Notes: generated by a model not told the origin, from the sequence alone. A stretch of 64,000 bases of DNA from Halarcobacter sp. (GCA_048571215.1 CP182352.1:864001-928000), one strand, 5' to 3'. Positions 32,340-41,383 are shown, numbered from the stretch's first letter. Numbers and translations: made by a program.

Positions 32340-32368
32340 AAAAAATATTGCAAATTGCAATATTTTTT
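32340..32368. promoter_or_regulatory. Perfect 14-1-14 palindrome in the intI/attI intergenic region; candidate operator
   Basis: AAAAAATATTGCAA-A-TTGCAATATTTTTT. Confidence 0.45.
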
Positions 32369-32392
32369 ATACTAAAATGTACAATAACACCT

Positions 32393-32499
32393 TATTTAAG
32401 GACTTTGCCGTTGTTTTGATATACGACATTTTTTATGTATGTTATTTGTTGATTTTCAGGGTGTTTTATATATAATGTATGTTCAATAAATAGTTGTTC
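32393..32499 (+). promoter_or_regulatory. attI site and probable cassette promoter (Pc)
   Basis: Divergent from intI. TATAAT at 32471-32476. Crossover G/TT at 32493 directly precedes the first cassette. Confidence 0.75.
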
Positions 32500-32674
32500 G
32501 TTCCCGCTTCGCGTGAACGAACAACGGCGGTGCTGACCACTGAACGTGTCACCCGTCATTTGTCATTCTTCGCTTCGCTACGAACAACAAATGACAGGAG
32601 ACACACACTAAGCCATCTTCCAGAAAACACTCCGTGATTTCTGAAATATGACTGAGTGGTGCTCAGCACCGCCG
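32494..32674 (+). mobile_element. ORF-less 181-bp mini-cassette, copy 1 (attC-like 32519-32680)
   Basis: Starts G/TTGTTC; own R'' GAACAAC is only 19 bp later; ends GCC-G/TTATAT. GC-rich and multi-hairpin. Confidence 0.85.
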
Positions 32675-32695
32675 TTATATTAAGGAAGATAAAAG

Positions 32696-33439
32696 ATGAA
32701 CCCACCAAGAGTATTTATTTCATATTCACATGACTCAGCAGAACATAAACAATGGATATTGGATTTTGCTACAACATTAAGAAACAGAGGAGTTGATGCA
32801 GTTTTAGATCAATGGGATTTAAAACCAGGGGATGACCTACCTCATTTTATGGAAACTCAACTTAGTGAAGCTCAATTTATAATAATGGTATGCACAAAAG
32901 AGTATGTTGAAAAAGCAAATGCAGGTAAAGGTGGAGTAGGATATGAAAAAATGATAATGACATCTTCTTTACTTTCAAAAATTGATAGTAGTAAAGTAAT
33001 ACCTATAATTCGACAAACTGGAACTGATTTACGACCTACTTTTTTAAGTTCAAAACTTTATATCAATTTTTCAAAAGATAGTGAACTTGAATATAGTTTA
33101 GATGATTTGCTTCGTGTACTTCTAAATGCTCCATTATATGAAAAACCAGAAATTGGATTAAATCATTTTAAACCACTAGAAGGTTCTCGTCCTGATCGTA
33201 TATCAGATGGATTAAAAGAACTTATGAAAGCTGTAGCTTCATCTTATGAAGGAACAGCACATAAATACATTTGGTTTAAAAAGGTTGTATCTACAGTATC
33301 TATGCATAGGCTTACTTTAGATAGATATTTAAAAAAGGCAATAAATGATGGACTTATTAAATGGCACACTTCTGATACTATAATGATTACAGATAAAGGA
33401 CTAGACTATCTAGTTTCACATAGTATTATAGAAGAATAA
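32696..33439 (+). CDS. TIR/SEFIR-domain protein with probable C-terminal winged helix (cassette 32675-33568)
   Basis: VFISYSHDS, LDQWDL.PG and GGVGYE. C-terminal LDRYL..A...GLI....IMITDKGLDYL pattern. Confidence 0.85.
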   Translation: MNPPRVFISYSHDSAEHKQWILDFATTLRNRGVDAVLDQWDLKPGDDLPHFMETQLSEAQFIIMVCTKEYVEKANAGKGGVGYEKMIMTSSLLSKIDSSKVIPIIRQTGTDLRPTFLSSKLYINFSKDSELEYSLDDLLRVLLNAPLYEKPEIGLNHFKPLEGSRPDRISDGLKELMKAVASSYEGTAHKYIWFKKVVSTVSMHRLTLDRYLKKAINDGLIKWHTSDTIMITDKGLDYLVSHSIIEE

Positions 33440-33440
33440 A

Positions 33441-33574
33441 ATATAACAAATTGGAGGAGAGAAACGAGGCTATACTACGGAAATTTCAAGCTTTTAAGTG
33501 TCGCGTAAAGAAACTTGAAATCTGAATAATTAAGTACGAAATATCGCCATCGTTCCTCACCTCAGTCGTTATAA
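33441..33574 (+). other. attC site (134 bp)
   Basis: R'' ATATAAC is complementary to cassette start GTTATAT. Arms GAGGAGAGAAACGA-GGC / GCC-ATCGTTCCTCACCTC; R' GTTATAA. Confidence 0.9.
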
Positions 33575-33626
33575 TGGTTTAAAATATTAGTGAGTTAGTA
33601 TTTTAAAGAAGTAAAGAAGGTAAAAT

Positions 33627-34241
33627 ATGGATTTAAAAACATTAAATTTTCCAGAACTTATAAGATATTTTGTTACAGGATTTAATTTTTTAGTATTAGT
33701 AGTCAGTCCTATAGTAATAAGTAAAGATTATGGAATTTTTATTGAACTAAATAAAAGTATTTCTTCTATTGTAATTATTACAAGTGCTTTCATAATTGGA
33801 TTTATAATAGATCAAATGAAAATTTATCAATTTATTATTGGATATAGTACAATAAAAAAAGAATTTCGAAACAAAATTCAAGAAGCTCTAAATATTGAAA
33901 ATAAATTTATTAATACATATTTTTCATATATTACAAATTATGCCAAAAAATATAGTTTTTATAATTTGGAAAAAAAACGTGCCGAATGGATATTGGCAAT
34001 TAATACAAGCATTATGCTTATTTTTACCATTATATTTTGGTTCATTTTATACTTATTTGATTTTTTAAATGATATTAATTTTTATATATTTATTATATAT
34101 CCAATTATTGCTTTAAAATTATATTTTACTGCAAAAGAAGAATTAATTAAAAGCAATAAAGAATTTTTATTATTTTGTGAAAAAAATAAACAAAATATTT
34201 TAGATTCAATTGAACTAAAAGAAAAACAAAAGGTTGACTAA
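33627..34241 (+). CDS. Hypothetical 4-TM membrane protein (cassette 33569-34384)
   Basis: Two pairs of hydrophobic segments; bounded by GTTATAA and TTATAAC. Confidence 0.75.
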   Translation: MDLKTLNFPELIRYFVTGFNFLVLVVSPIVISKDYGIFIELNKSISSIVIITSAFIIGFIIDQMKIYQFIIGYSTIKKEFRNKIQEALNIENKFINTYFSYITNYAKKYSFYNLEKKRAEWILAINTSIMLIFTIIFWFILYLFDFLNDINFYIFIIYPIIALKLYFTAKEELIKSNKEFLLFCEKNKQNILDSIELKEKQKVD

Positions 34242-34255
34242 TTAATCTAATAATA

Positions 34256-34390
34256 TTATAACAAATTGGAGGAGAGAAACGAGGCTATACTACGAAAATT
34301 TTTAAGCTTTTAATTGTCGCATAATGAAACTTGAAAGTTGAACATTTAATTACAAAATATCGCCATCGTTCCTCACCTCAGGCGTTGTTC
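34256..34390 (+). other. attC site (135 bp), same family as 33441-33574
   Basis: R'' TTATAAC matches GTTATAA at 33568. Arms are near-identical to the previous attC; R' GTTGTTC. Confidence 0.9.
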
Positions 34391-34565
34391 GTTCCCGCTT
34401 CGCGTGAACGAACAACGGCGGTGCTGACCACTGAACGTGTCACCCGTCATTTGTCATTCTTCGCTTCGCTACGAACAACAAATGACAGGAGACACACACT
34501 AAGCCATCTTCCAGAAAACACTCCGTGATTTCTGAAATATGACTGAGTGGTGCTCAGCACCACCG
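34385..34565 (+). mobile_element. ORF-less 181-bp mini-cassette, copy 2 (attC-like 34410-34571)
   Basis: Identical to 32494-32674 except G>A at 34562. Confidence 0.85.
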
Positions 34566-34577
34566 TTATGAAGCAGG

Positions 34578-35279
34578 ATGAAATTTATGACCGAAAAGCC
34601 AGATTATTTTGCACGAACAACTGCTGTGATATCACTTGTTTTTGCTATTGTTGCAATGTTAGTTTCGTATTATCAACAAGAATCAGCTCAACAAGTGCAA
34701 AAAGAACAATTTGAAGTCCTCCAAAAAGAAGAACTTATTGTTAAAGTTAATCCATATATTGATGGCTTTATACGATTAACGAATTACAATTTAGGTCACT
34801 TAGGACATGTAGTTCAAATTCCTTGGAAGATTATCATTTCTAATACAGGAAATCAAAAATTATCAATAACTGATTGTTTTGTAACTCGAGGAGATTCTCC
34901 TGAGTCAATACAATATTCAGGGATATATGGTGGAATTATAGATCAAAAATCAAAAACTATTGAATTTCCTCTTATGCTTGATCCAGGAGAAAGTAGAATT
35001 GTATATATTTTTGTTGGTATCACTGTGCCATCATTAGTTTATCAAACATTATTTTCTTTAGATAAGAATACAACACTTACAGATAGATTAGCAATGAAAG
35101 CATTAGGAAAACAGAGAATTGATTATTATGGAAATCCAGTTGAGTATGAAGAGTTTGAGGGTGGTTTATTTCATTTTGTCGTAAAAGACACTAAAAAAGC
35201 TCAACGTTTTTGGATAAAGTTTACAACTGGTAGAGGAAATATATATTATGGTACAGGAATGGCATACAAGTCAATATAA
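34578..35279 (+). CDS. Hypothetical protein with N-terminal membrane anchor and beta-rich domain (cassette 34566-35409)
   Basis: One N-terminal TM; bounded by GTTATGA and TCATAAC. Confidence 0.75.
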   Translation: MKFMTEKPDYFARTTAVISLVFAIVAMLVSYYQQESAQQVQKEQFEVLQKEELIVKVNPYIDGFIRLTNYNLGHLGHVVQIPWKIIISNTGNQKLSITDCFVTRGDSPESIQYSGIYGGIIDQKSKTIEFPLMLDPGESRIVYIFVGITVPSLVYQTLFSLDKNTTLTDRLAMKALGKQRIDYYGNPVEYEEFEGGLFHFVVKDTKKAQRFWIKFTTGRGNIYYGTGMAYKSI

Positions 35280-35284
35280 GAAGT

Positions 35285-35415
35285 TCATAACAAATCCTAG
35301 AAGTGAACGAGGGTATACTTGCGATAATTTAAGCTTTAAAGCCTAAAGAAGTTAAAATATAGTTCAAATAGTCAAGTGGTCAGATACCCTCGTCCACTTA
35401 ATTTGACCGTTATAA
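35285..35415 (+). other. attC site (131 bp)
   Basis: R'' TCATAAC matches GTTATGA at 34565. Arms AAGTGAACGAGGGTAT / ATACCCTCGTCCACTT; R' GTTATAA. Confidence 0.88.
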
Positions 35416-35624
35416 AAAGAGTATCATATGAATAAAAAAAATTTTTAAATTACAAATATCGGAAACATCAATGATATAAAGCAATATAATCACATCTTGC
35501 CTGATTCAAAACTAGACCTGATATATTTATCATTTTTATAATCTATTAAAGATATTGCTTACTAATCTAACAAAAGTAATTATATCAAACATAAAAAATA
35601 TTATATATTTTATTAAAATCAGCG

Positions 35625-35728
35625 TATTTATAGGACTTTGTCTAACTTGATATCATAACATAAAAATGTATTATTAAGTAATTTTATGGATAATTAATAT
35701 ATAATGTGTTACTAAGAAATTGGTATAT
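35625..35728 (+). promoter_or_regulatory. Second, degenerate attI/Pc-like region without integrase
   Basis: Collinear with 32393-32499 (AGGACTTTG, TTGATAT, ATGTAT, ATATATAATGT). The core at the same 25-bp offset reads GGTATAT. Confidence 0.6.
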
Positions 35729-35759
35729 ATTTAAAACTAAACATTTGGAGTTATGAAAT

Positions 35760-36470
35760 ATGGAAATACAATCAACAACACAAACAACTTATACTCAGAA
35801 TTCGCAATCAACCAAAAGTAGTGAAGTATTAAAACTAAGTTTTAAAGTAGAACCGAATAAAGAACTTGATCCTTTAAGTATATCTTTTGAAGAATATAAT
35901 AAATTAACAAAAGAAGATATTGAAATAATATACCAAAATGAACCAAAACCACAAGATGATAAATTGAATGCTTTAAGTTTACATCAACAAGCTAATTGGA
36001 CAGATGATAGTGTATTAAATAAAATACTTTTTGATAATAAAGTCAATGAATTAAAACATGGTGGCGATAAATCGCTTATGACATTTCATGCAATAGCAAT
36101 AGCAGGAATGCCTGATATAAAAAGTTTTATAATTGATCCTGATAATTTTGCTGTTACACCTGAACAAGTTAAAAATAGTCCATTTTTACAAGAGATAATG
36201 AGTAAAAGAGATGGTATAAAAACTAAAAGTCCTGAACCTACAATAAATATAAGAGATTCAAAAGAGCTTGTAGAATATTTTAGAAATTTTGAAAGTTTTT
36301 TTGAAAAACATATAAGAGAAGGATGGACAGGAGCTATTGATGAAAATAAAATATTTGAAAATGTAGAAGATATTTTAACTAGATATGATAAAAAAATAGA
36401 AGAAAATAATGCTATTTTAAATAGTCATACTAAAAATACAAAACCAAATCCATTCGAAGAGAAACTTTAA
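35760..36470 (+). CDS. Hypothetical protein
   Basis: 236-aa ORF with GGAG RBS and S/T/Q-rich N-terminus. Confidence 0.7.
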   Translation: MEIQSTTQTTYTQNSQSTKSSEVLKLSFKVEPNKELDPLSISFEEYNKLTKEDIEIIYQNEPKPQDDKLNALSLHQQANWTDDSVLNKILFDNKVNELKHGGDKSLMTFHAIAIAGMPDIKSFIIDPDNFAVTPEQVKNSPFLQEIMSKRDGIKTKSPEPTINIRDSKELVEYFRNFESFFEKHIREGWTGAIDENKIFENVEDILTRYDKKIEENNAILNSHTKNTKPNPFEEKL

Positions 36471-36503
36471 GTACAAAATAAATAAGGATAACAAATAGTT
36501 CAG

Positions 36504-36540
36504 ACTGTGAATTTAGTCCCAAATAAACTAAATTCACAGT
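36504..36540. terminator. Perfect 14-bp-stem hairpin
   Basis: ACTGTGAATTTAGT-CCCAAATAA-ACTAAATTCACAGT, directly after an attC-start-like GGATAACAAAT. Confidence 0.55.
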
Positions 36541-37074
36541 AAAAATTCAAATTAACTTCCTAAATATCTGATATTTCTTCTTAAATTTTTTAGATATAAA
36601 AATTTTTCTAAAAAAAAAACCAAATAAAGTCCAAACACTAAGATATATTCCTCTATATCTTTTGTAATCTGGGTTAAATCTTTATTTTTTATGGCTAAGC
36701 ATAACTTTTTCTCAAAGATAGTGATACTAAAGCACCGTTTCACTTCACAAGAAACAGATTTGTCCCTATAAGATTTAAAATTATATGTAAATATAATAAG
36801 TGCGTTTTAACTACTCCCTACGAGGTTGAATCTCCATTTTTCTATTTTTCATACAGATAAAAAGGTGCATATTACCTTTATTTACAAAGACAAAAAGATT
36901 TGTGAAATGTTTCAAAAAAGAAGATTGTAATTTAATATTTATACCCTTGTTAGATTGTACTTTATAATACGCTAAATTTATGATATAGTATAAATAAAAT
37001 ATGATAGTTATTAAGATTTAGTTTGCTAATATTACAATCTTTACTAAATTGTATTTTATAAATAGGGGATTAAA

Positions 37075-39339
37075 ATGAAGAAGGGTCTAAGTTTTTCAAA
37101 ACGTTTGTTTTTAAGTATTATGGGGGTAGTTTTAATCTCATCAGCGATTTCTGTATATTTAATACAAGATAAATCATTTGAAAATAGTAAACATACTGCT
37201 GAATTATATATGGATGGTATTGCAGATATTAATGTTCAAAAATCAAAAGATTTATTAAATAAAGCTGTTGTTATTTCTCGTGGATTTGCTTCATATTTTG
37301 AAGTTGCATTGAAAAATAAGCAAGATCTTAAAAAAGAAGATATTAGAGAAGTAATGAAAAACATGCTTTTGAAAAATACTGAAGTATTTGGACTATGGGT
37401 AGAGATAAATGGGGGAATATTATTTAAAACAGATCTAACATTAGCAAATATAGATGGACATGATAAAGATGGAAGATTTGCACCTTTTATTGTGAATGTA
37501 GATGGTAAGATAAGTGTACTTCCTGGTGCAGATGAAAACTATCCAGATAGACCATGGGTAGATGGACCAAAAAAATCTGGAAAAGAGTTTGTCACTAAAC
37601 CATATTTTTATCCAATAAATGGTGTTCAAACATTGATAACAGCTGCGGCACATCCAGTGTATTATAAAGGTGAATTTATTGGTACTGTTGGGGTTGATAT
37701 AGCTTTAAAGAAAATGTCTGAGAGAATAAGAGACCTTAAAATATTTAAAAATGGTTATGCAAGTTTAATTACACAAGAGGGTACAATTGTTGGATATCCA
37801 GATTTAAAATTTTTAAGTAAAAATATAAAAGATATCTCAAAAAATAAATTTTTACTTGATTTACCTAAAAAACTACATGATAATAAAAAACTAGTTTACA
37901 AAGGGATAGATGAGCGAACTGGGCTTATGTCTGAGTTTATTGCAATCCCTTTTCAAATTGAAAGAACTGGTGTTTTTTGGGGTTTAATATTATCTGTTCC
38001 TATAGAAGAATACCTAGAAAATACTATTTATATTAAATGGTTTTCAATCATTTCAGGTATTATTAGCTTTATTTTAGTTGGTATTGTTATTGCTTTTAAT
38101 ACAAGAGCTTTAGATAGGAATTTAAAAAATATCACAAATGGATTAACTTCTTTTTTTAAATATTTAAATAAAGAAACATCATCAACTGAACAAATTAGAA
38201 TCAATTCTAATGATGAATTTGGCGCCATGGCAAAACAGATTAATGAGAATATATCAACTATTAAAATTAAACTAGATGAAGATGTTGCTTTAATTGATGA
38301 AGTTAAAGATGTTGTTGAGCATGTAAAAGAAGGCCGAATTAAACAAACTATTACTAAAAATTCAAAAGATGAAAGTTTAAATGAGCTTAAAGTTATTATT
38401 AATGAAATGCTTGAAATTATGTCTGTAAATATTAGTGATGATTTAAATAAAATATTAGATGCACTTAAATCATATCAAAATTTAGATTTTAGACATAGAA
38501 TTCAAAATGACACAGGAAAAGTAGAAAAAGGATTAAATAATTTTGCAAATATAATAAATGAAATGCTTGTTGAAAATAAAAAAACAGGTTTAGTTCTTGC
38601 CAAAAGCAGTAAAGTGCTACTTGAAAATGTAAATGTTTTAAATACAAATTCAAATACTTCTGCAGCTTCTTTGGAAGAAACGGCAGCTTCTTTGGAAGAG
38701 ATTACATGTAATATTACGCAAAATACTACAAATGTTATAAAGATGGCAGATAATGCTAAAGAATTAACTACATCTGCAAATGAAGGTAAAAGCTTAGCTG
38801 AAGAAACAGTTACTTCAATGAGTGAAATTGACAATCAAGTTTCTGCTATTAGTGAGGCTATTTCTATAATTGATCAAATTGCATTTCAAACAAATATATT
38901 ATCTTTAAATGCAGCAGTTGAAGCAGCAACAGCAGGAGAAGCTGGAAAAGGATTTGCCGTTGTTGCACAAGAAGTAAGAAATTTAGCTTCAAGAAGTGCT
39001 GAATCTGCAAATGAAATTAAATCTTTAGTTGAATCTGCAATAAATAAAACGAACAATGGAAAAGAGATTGCTACAAGAATGATAGATGGTTACCAATCTT
39101 TAAATGGGAATATCTTAAAAACCATTGAACTTATTTCTGAAGTAGAAGTTGCAACAAAAGAACAACAATCAGGAATTGAACAAATTAATGATGCTATCAA
39201 TTCATTAGATAGTAAAACTCAAGAAAATGCTAATATTTCAAATGAAACAAAAAATGTTGCAGATGAAACAGATGAGATAGCTAAAGTGATTGTAAAAAAT
39301 GTAGATGAAAAAGAGTTTATTGGGAAAAATGATATTTAA
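37075..39339 (+). CDS. Methyl-accepting chemotaxis protein (dCache-type sensor)
   Basis: GRFAPF, TKPYFY, GTVGVDI, SNDEFG and [17 protein letters not shown]. Confidence 0.92.
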   Translation: MKKGLSFSKRLFLSIMGVVLISSAISVYLIQDKSFENSKHTAELYMDGIADINVQKSKDLLNKAVVISRGFASYFEVALKNKQDLKKEDIREVMKNMLLKNTEVFGLWVEINGGILFKTDLTLANIDGHDKDGRFAPFIVNVDGKISVLPGADENYPDRPWVDGPKKSGKEFVTKPYFYPINGVQTLITAAAHPVYYKGEFIGTVGVDIALKKMSERIRDLKIFKNGYASLITQEGTIVGYPDLKFLSKNIKDISKNKFLLDLPKKLHDNKKLVYKGIDERTGLMSEFIAIPFQIERTGVFWGLILSVPIEEYLENTIYIKWFSIISGIISFILVGIVIAFNTRALDRNLKNITNGLTSFFKYLNKETSSTEQIRINSNDEFGAMAKQINENISTIKIKLDEDVALIDEVKDVVEHVKEGRIKQTITKNSKDESLNELKVIINEMLEIMSVNISDDLNKILDALKSYQNLDFRHRIQNDTGKVEKGLNNFANIINEMLVENKKTGLVLAKSSKVLLENVNVLNTNSNTSAASLEETAASLEEITCNITQNTTNVIKMADNAKELTTSANEGKSLAEETVTSMSEIDNQVSAISEAISIIDQIAFQTNILSLNAAVEAATAGEAGKGFAVVAQEVRNLASRSAESANEIKSLVESAINKTNNGKEIATRMIDGYQSLNGNILKTIELISEVEVATKEQQSGIEQINDAINSLDSKTQENANISNETKNVADETDEIAKVIVKNVDEKEFIGKNDI

Positions 39340-39375
39340 TAAAAAACAATATTCAAATTACAGATAATAAACTAA

Positions 39376-39508
39376 TCATATGAAGAATTAAAGATTTAAG
39401 GTGTAGAGTTCACTTCAGTACCAGAACAACAGCCATGGGTGGTATTCTTGTTTATTTTAAAGACCCGGCGGCAACATTATTACACTATTAGAAAGTGGGG
39501 AAGCTTAA
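39376..39508 (+). pseudogene. C-terminal remnant of a VOC/glyoxalase-family gene
   Basis: Reads YEELK*GVEFTSVPEQQPW/GGILVYFKDP/GNIITLLESGEA* with a stop and two frameshifts. Confidence 0.7.
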
Positions 39509-39582
39509 CAAGCAAATGTTGATGGGCGCTGAAAAGCGCGCCTGGACGCTACAAGCATGGTACTTTAAATTTGGTGTTATAT
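39503..39582 (+). other. Degenerate attC-like site
   Basis: GCTTAAC overlaps the VOC stop; GGGCGC-TGAAAA-GCGCGCC central stem; ends GTTATAT followed by an AAGGAG RBS. Confidence 0.55.
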
Positions 39583-39597
39583 CAAAGGAGATGATAC

Positions 39598-40158
39598 TTG
39601 AAAGTACTAATAGGATTAGTGATTATGGTTACAGTTTCAGTGCTTGCTGGAATTTTTCAAGCCCACCTTCAGAACAAAAAAATTGAATCTGATTTAGCAA
39701 TGGGAGAAAAGATTATGTACTATAGTCAAATCCGAAAAATAGTTTCTATAATTGCAGCTATATTCATGATTGGATTATCTATCTTTTTAATATCATTAGA
39801 TTCATTGCCTAAAGAAAATGGTTTTATTTGGTTTTTAGTATTAGTTGCGATATTCCTATTAGTATCAATTTATTGGGCACTAGAAAGTTTTTTTGTAAAA
39901 ATCACCTTTGATGATCAAGAAATTGTTCTTGAATCTCCATGGCGTCAAAAACGTAGAGTCCTTTTATCGGAACTTACTGGATACAAATATTCTGAAGATG
40001 GTAATTATCATGTGTTTACAACTGAAAGAAAAGGGAAAATTCACTTATCACCTCATTTAAAGGGATTAACAAACTTTTTTATATTGCTTGATAAAAAGAA
40101 AAATGAGTTAAATGAAAGACTTCTGATGCAACTTCGATTTGGAAATATCAGTGACTAA
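39598..40158 (+). CDS. Hypothetical membrane protein with PH-like C-terminal domain
   Basis: Three hydrophobic segments then a beta-rich tail; TTG start after AAGGAG. Confidence 0.65.
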   Translation: MKVLIGLVIMVTVSVLAGIFQAHLQNKKIESDLAMGEKIMYYSQIRKIVSIIAAIFMIGLSIFLISLDSLPKENGFIWFLVLVAIFLLVSIYWALESFFVKITFDDQEIVLESPWRQKRRVLLSELTGYKYSEDGNYHVFTTERKGKIHLSPHLKGLTNFFILLDKKKNELNERLLMQLRFGNISD

Positions 40159-40279
40159 ATATATACTCTATGTATAAGTTATCTATTAATTAAAATACTA
40201 ATTATAATAAAAGAATCAGTATACTATCCTCAAATTCTCACAAAAATAAATTTGAATAAGTAGTTAAGGGTATAAAAAT

Positions 40280-40651
40280 ATGAAATCAATCAGTAAAGAT
40301 AAAAAATATGTAAATCAATTGGAAGAAATCAATTTATGTATTGATACAACAGAAGAAAAAGGTGGAACAGGGAAATATCCTCGTCCACATGACATACTAG
40401 AAGCAGCATTGGCAAGTTGTATGAATATTATGCTTCAAAAAGAAGCTGAAAAATTAGAACTAATAGATATAAAATTTGAAACAGAAGTGATACTAAATAG
40501 AGAAAATCCAGAAGAAGCTAATTTTGAATATTCATATAAAATAATTGCAAATAAAGATTATGAGGGGTTTAGAAATAGATTTGATAAAGCATTATTGGAT
40601 AGTTCAGTTAAAAATACATTATCAAGACGAATGGTTTTTACAAAAAAATAA
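40280..40651 (+). CDS. OsmC-family protein
   Basis: D...KGGTG..PRPHDILEAALASC; the second Cys position reads SSVKNTL. Confidence 0.8.
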   Translation: MKSISKDKKYVNQLEEINLCIDTTEEKGGTGKYPRPHDILEAALASCMNIMLQKEAEKLELIDIKFETEVILNRENPEEANFEYSYKIIANKDYEGFRNRFDKALLDSSVKNTLSRRMVFTKK

Positions 40652-40756
40652 ATAAGGGGATTTTTTACCTTCCAAGTGTAGACTTATTAGTTAATTTTAT
40701 ATATTATTTATATATAATATATTACTAATAAATAATTATGCTAAGGAGTAGTTGTC

Positions 40757-41332
40757 ATGGACTTAAGAGAGCTTCTAGAAGAGCTTGAGCAACTAGGGGA
40801 AGAGAATGATGCGGCAGAAAAGCAAAGGGAGTTTAAGTATCTTAACATCACGAGGGATACCGGCGAGTTTCTTACCATGCTCATCAAAGCAAGTGCTGCA
40901 CGACAGATTTTGGAGGTTGGAACATCCAATGGCTACTCAACATTGTGGTTAGCATCTGCGCTACCAGAGGATGGACATGTAACTACTCTGGAAGTTTCTG
41001 CATATAAAATTGAACATGCAGTTCAAAATTTTAGGCGGGCAAATCTTGATCATAAGATTACGGTGCTACAAAGCGATGCCTTAGATTATCTAAGCCAAGG
41101 TAATGTGCAGTTTGATTTTATTTTTCTTGATGCTAATCGTTCAAGGTATATTGAGTTTGCTAGCCAAGTAATCGCACGGCTTCGCCCAGGGGGACTACTT
41201 ATATGTGACAACGCTATATCTCATGCCTCAGAAATGGAAGAGTTCATCGGTTTCGTAAAAAATACAGGCGAATTTTCAGTTGTTATTGTACCGATTGGAA
41301 AAGGTGAATTTGTGGCATGCAAAAATAGATAA
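40757..41332 (+). CDS. SAM-dependent O-methyltransferase
   Basis: ILEVGTSNGYSTLW, FDFIFLDA and LRPGGLLICDN; visibly more GC-rich than the host genes. Confidence 0.9.
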   Translation: MDLRELLEELEQLGEENDAAEKQREFKYLNITRDTGEFLTMLIKASAARQILEVGTSNGYSTLWLASALPEDGHVTTLEVSAYKIEHAVQNFRRANLDHKITVLQSDALDYLSQGNVQFDFIFLDANRSRYIEFASQVIARLRPGGLLICDNAISHASEMEEFIGFVKNTGEFSVVIVPIGKGEFVACKNR

Positions 41333-41383
41333 CTGAGCTTAGCATGAGAAATCGTTTATACTTCTGTGTGCTTGGCGTTATAC
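41327..41383 (+). other. Short attC-like site (57 bp)
   Basis: AGATAAC overlaps the stop; AGCATGAGAA / TTCTGTGTGCT arms; GGC-GTTATAC followed by an RBS. Confidence 0.55.

Noticed and set aside
32202..32493. Canonical LexA box at the intI promoter
   Set aside because: No CTGT-N8-ACAG found by eye.
32494..32674. Hammerhead ribozyme, tRNA or group II intron remnant
   Set aside because: No CUGANGA core on either strand, no cloverleaf and no reverse transcriptase nearby. The cGNAg triloops favour ssDNA folding. A non-coding RNA role is not excluded.
34331..34528. 65-aa ORF from the track
   Set aside because: Runs across an attC and the mini-cassette, has no RBS, and copy 1 of the element lacks its start; likely a by-product of GC-rich structured DNA.
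32494..35415. CRISPR array interpretation of the repeats
   Set aside because: Repeats are 131-181 bp and separated by whole genes, with attC R boxes and no cas genes.
36552..36743. 63-aa minus-strand ORF, possible IS3-like remnant
   Set aside because: Only a vague resemblance (ITKDIEEYI); no inverted repeats or DDE motif seen.
39495..39686. 63-aa ORF
   Set aside because: Overlaps an attC-like site and the better-supported 39598-40158 gene in another frame.
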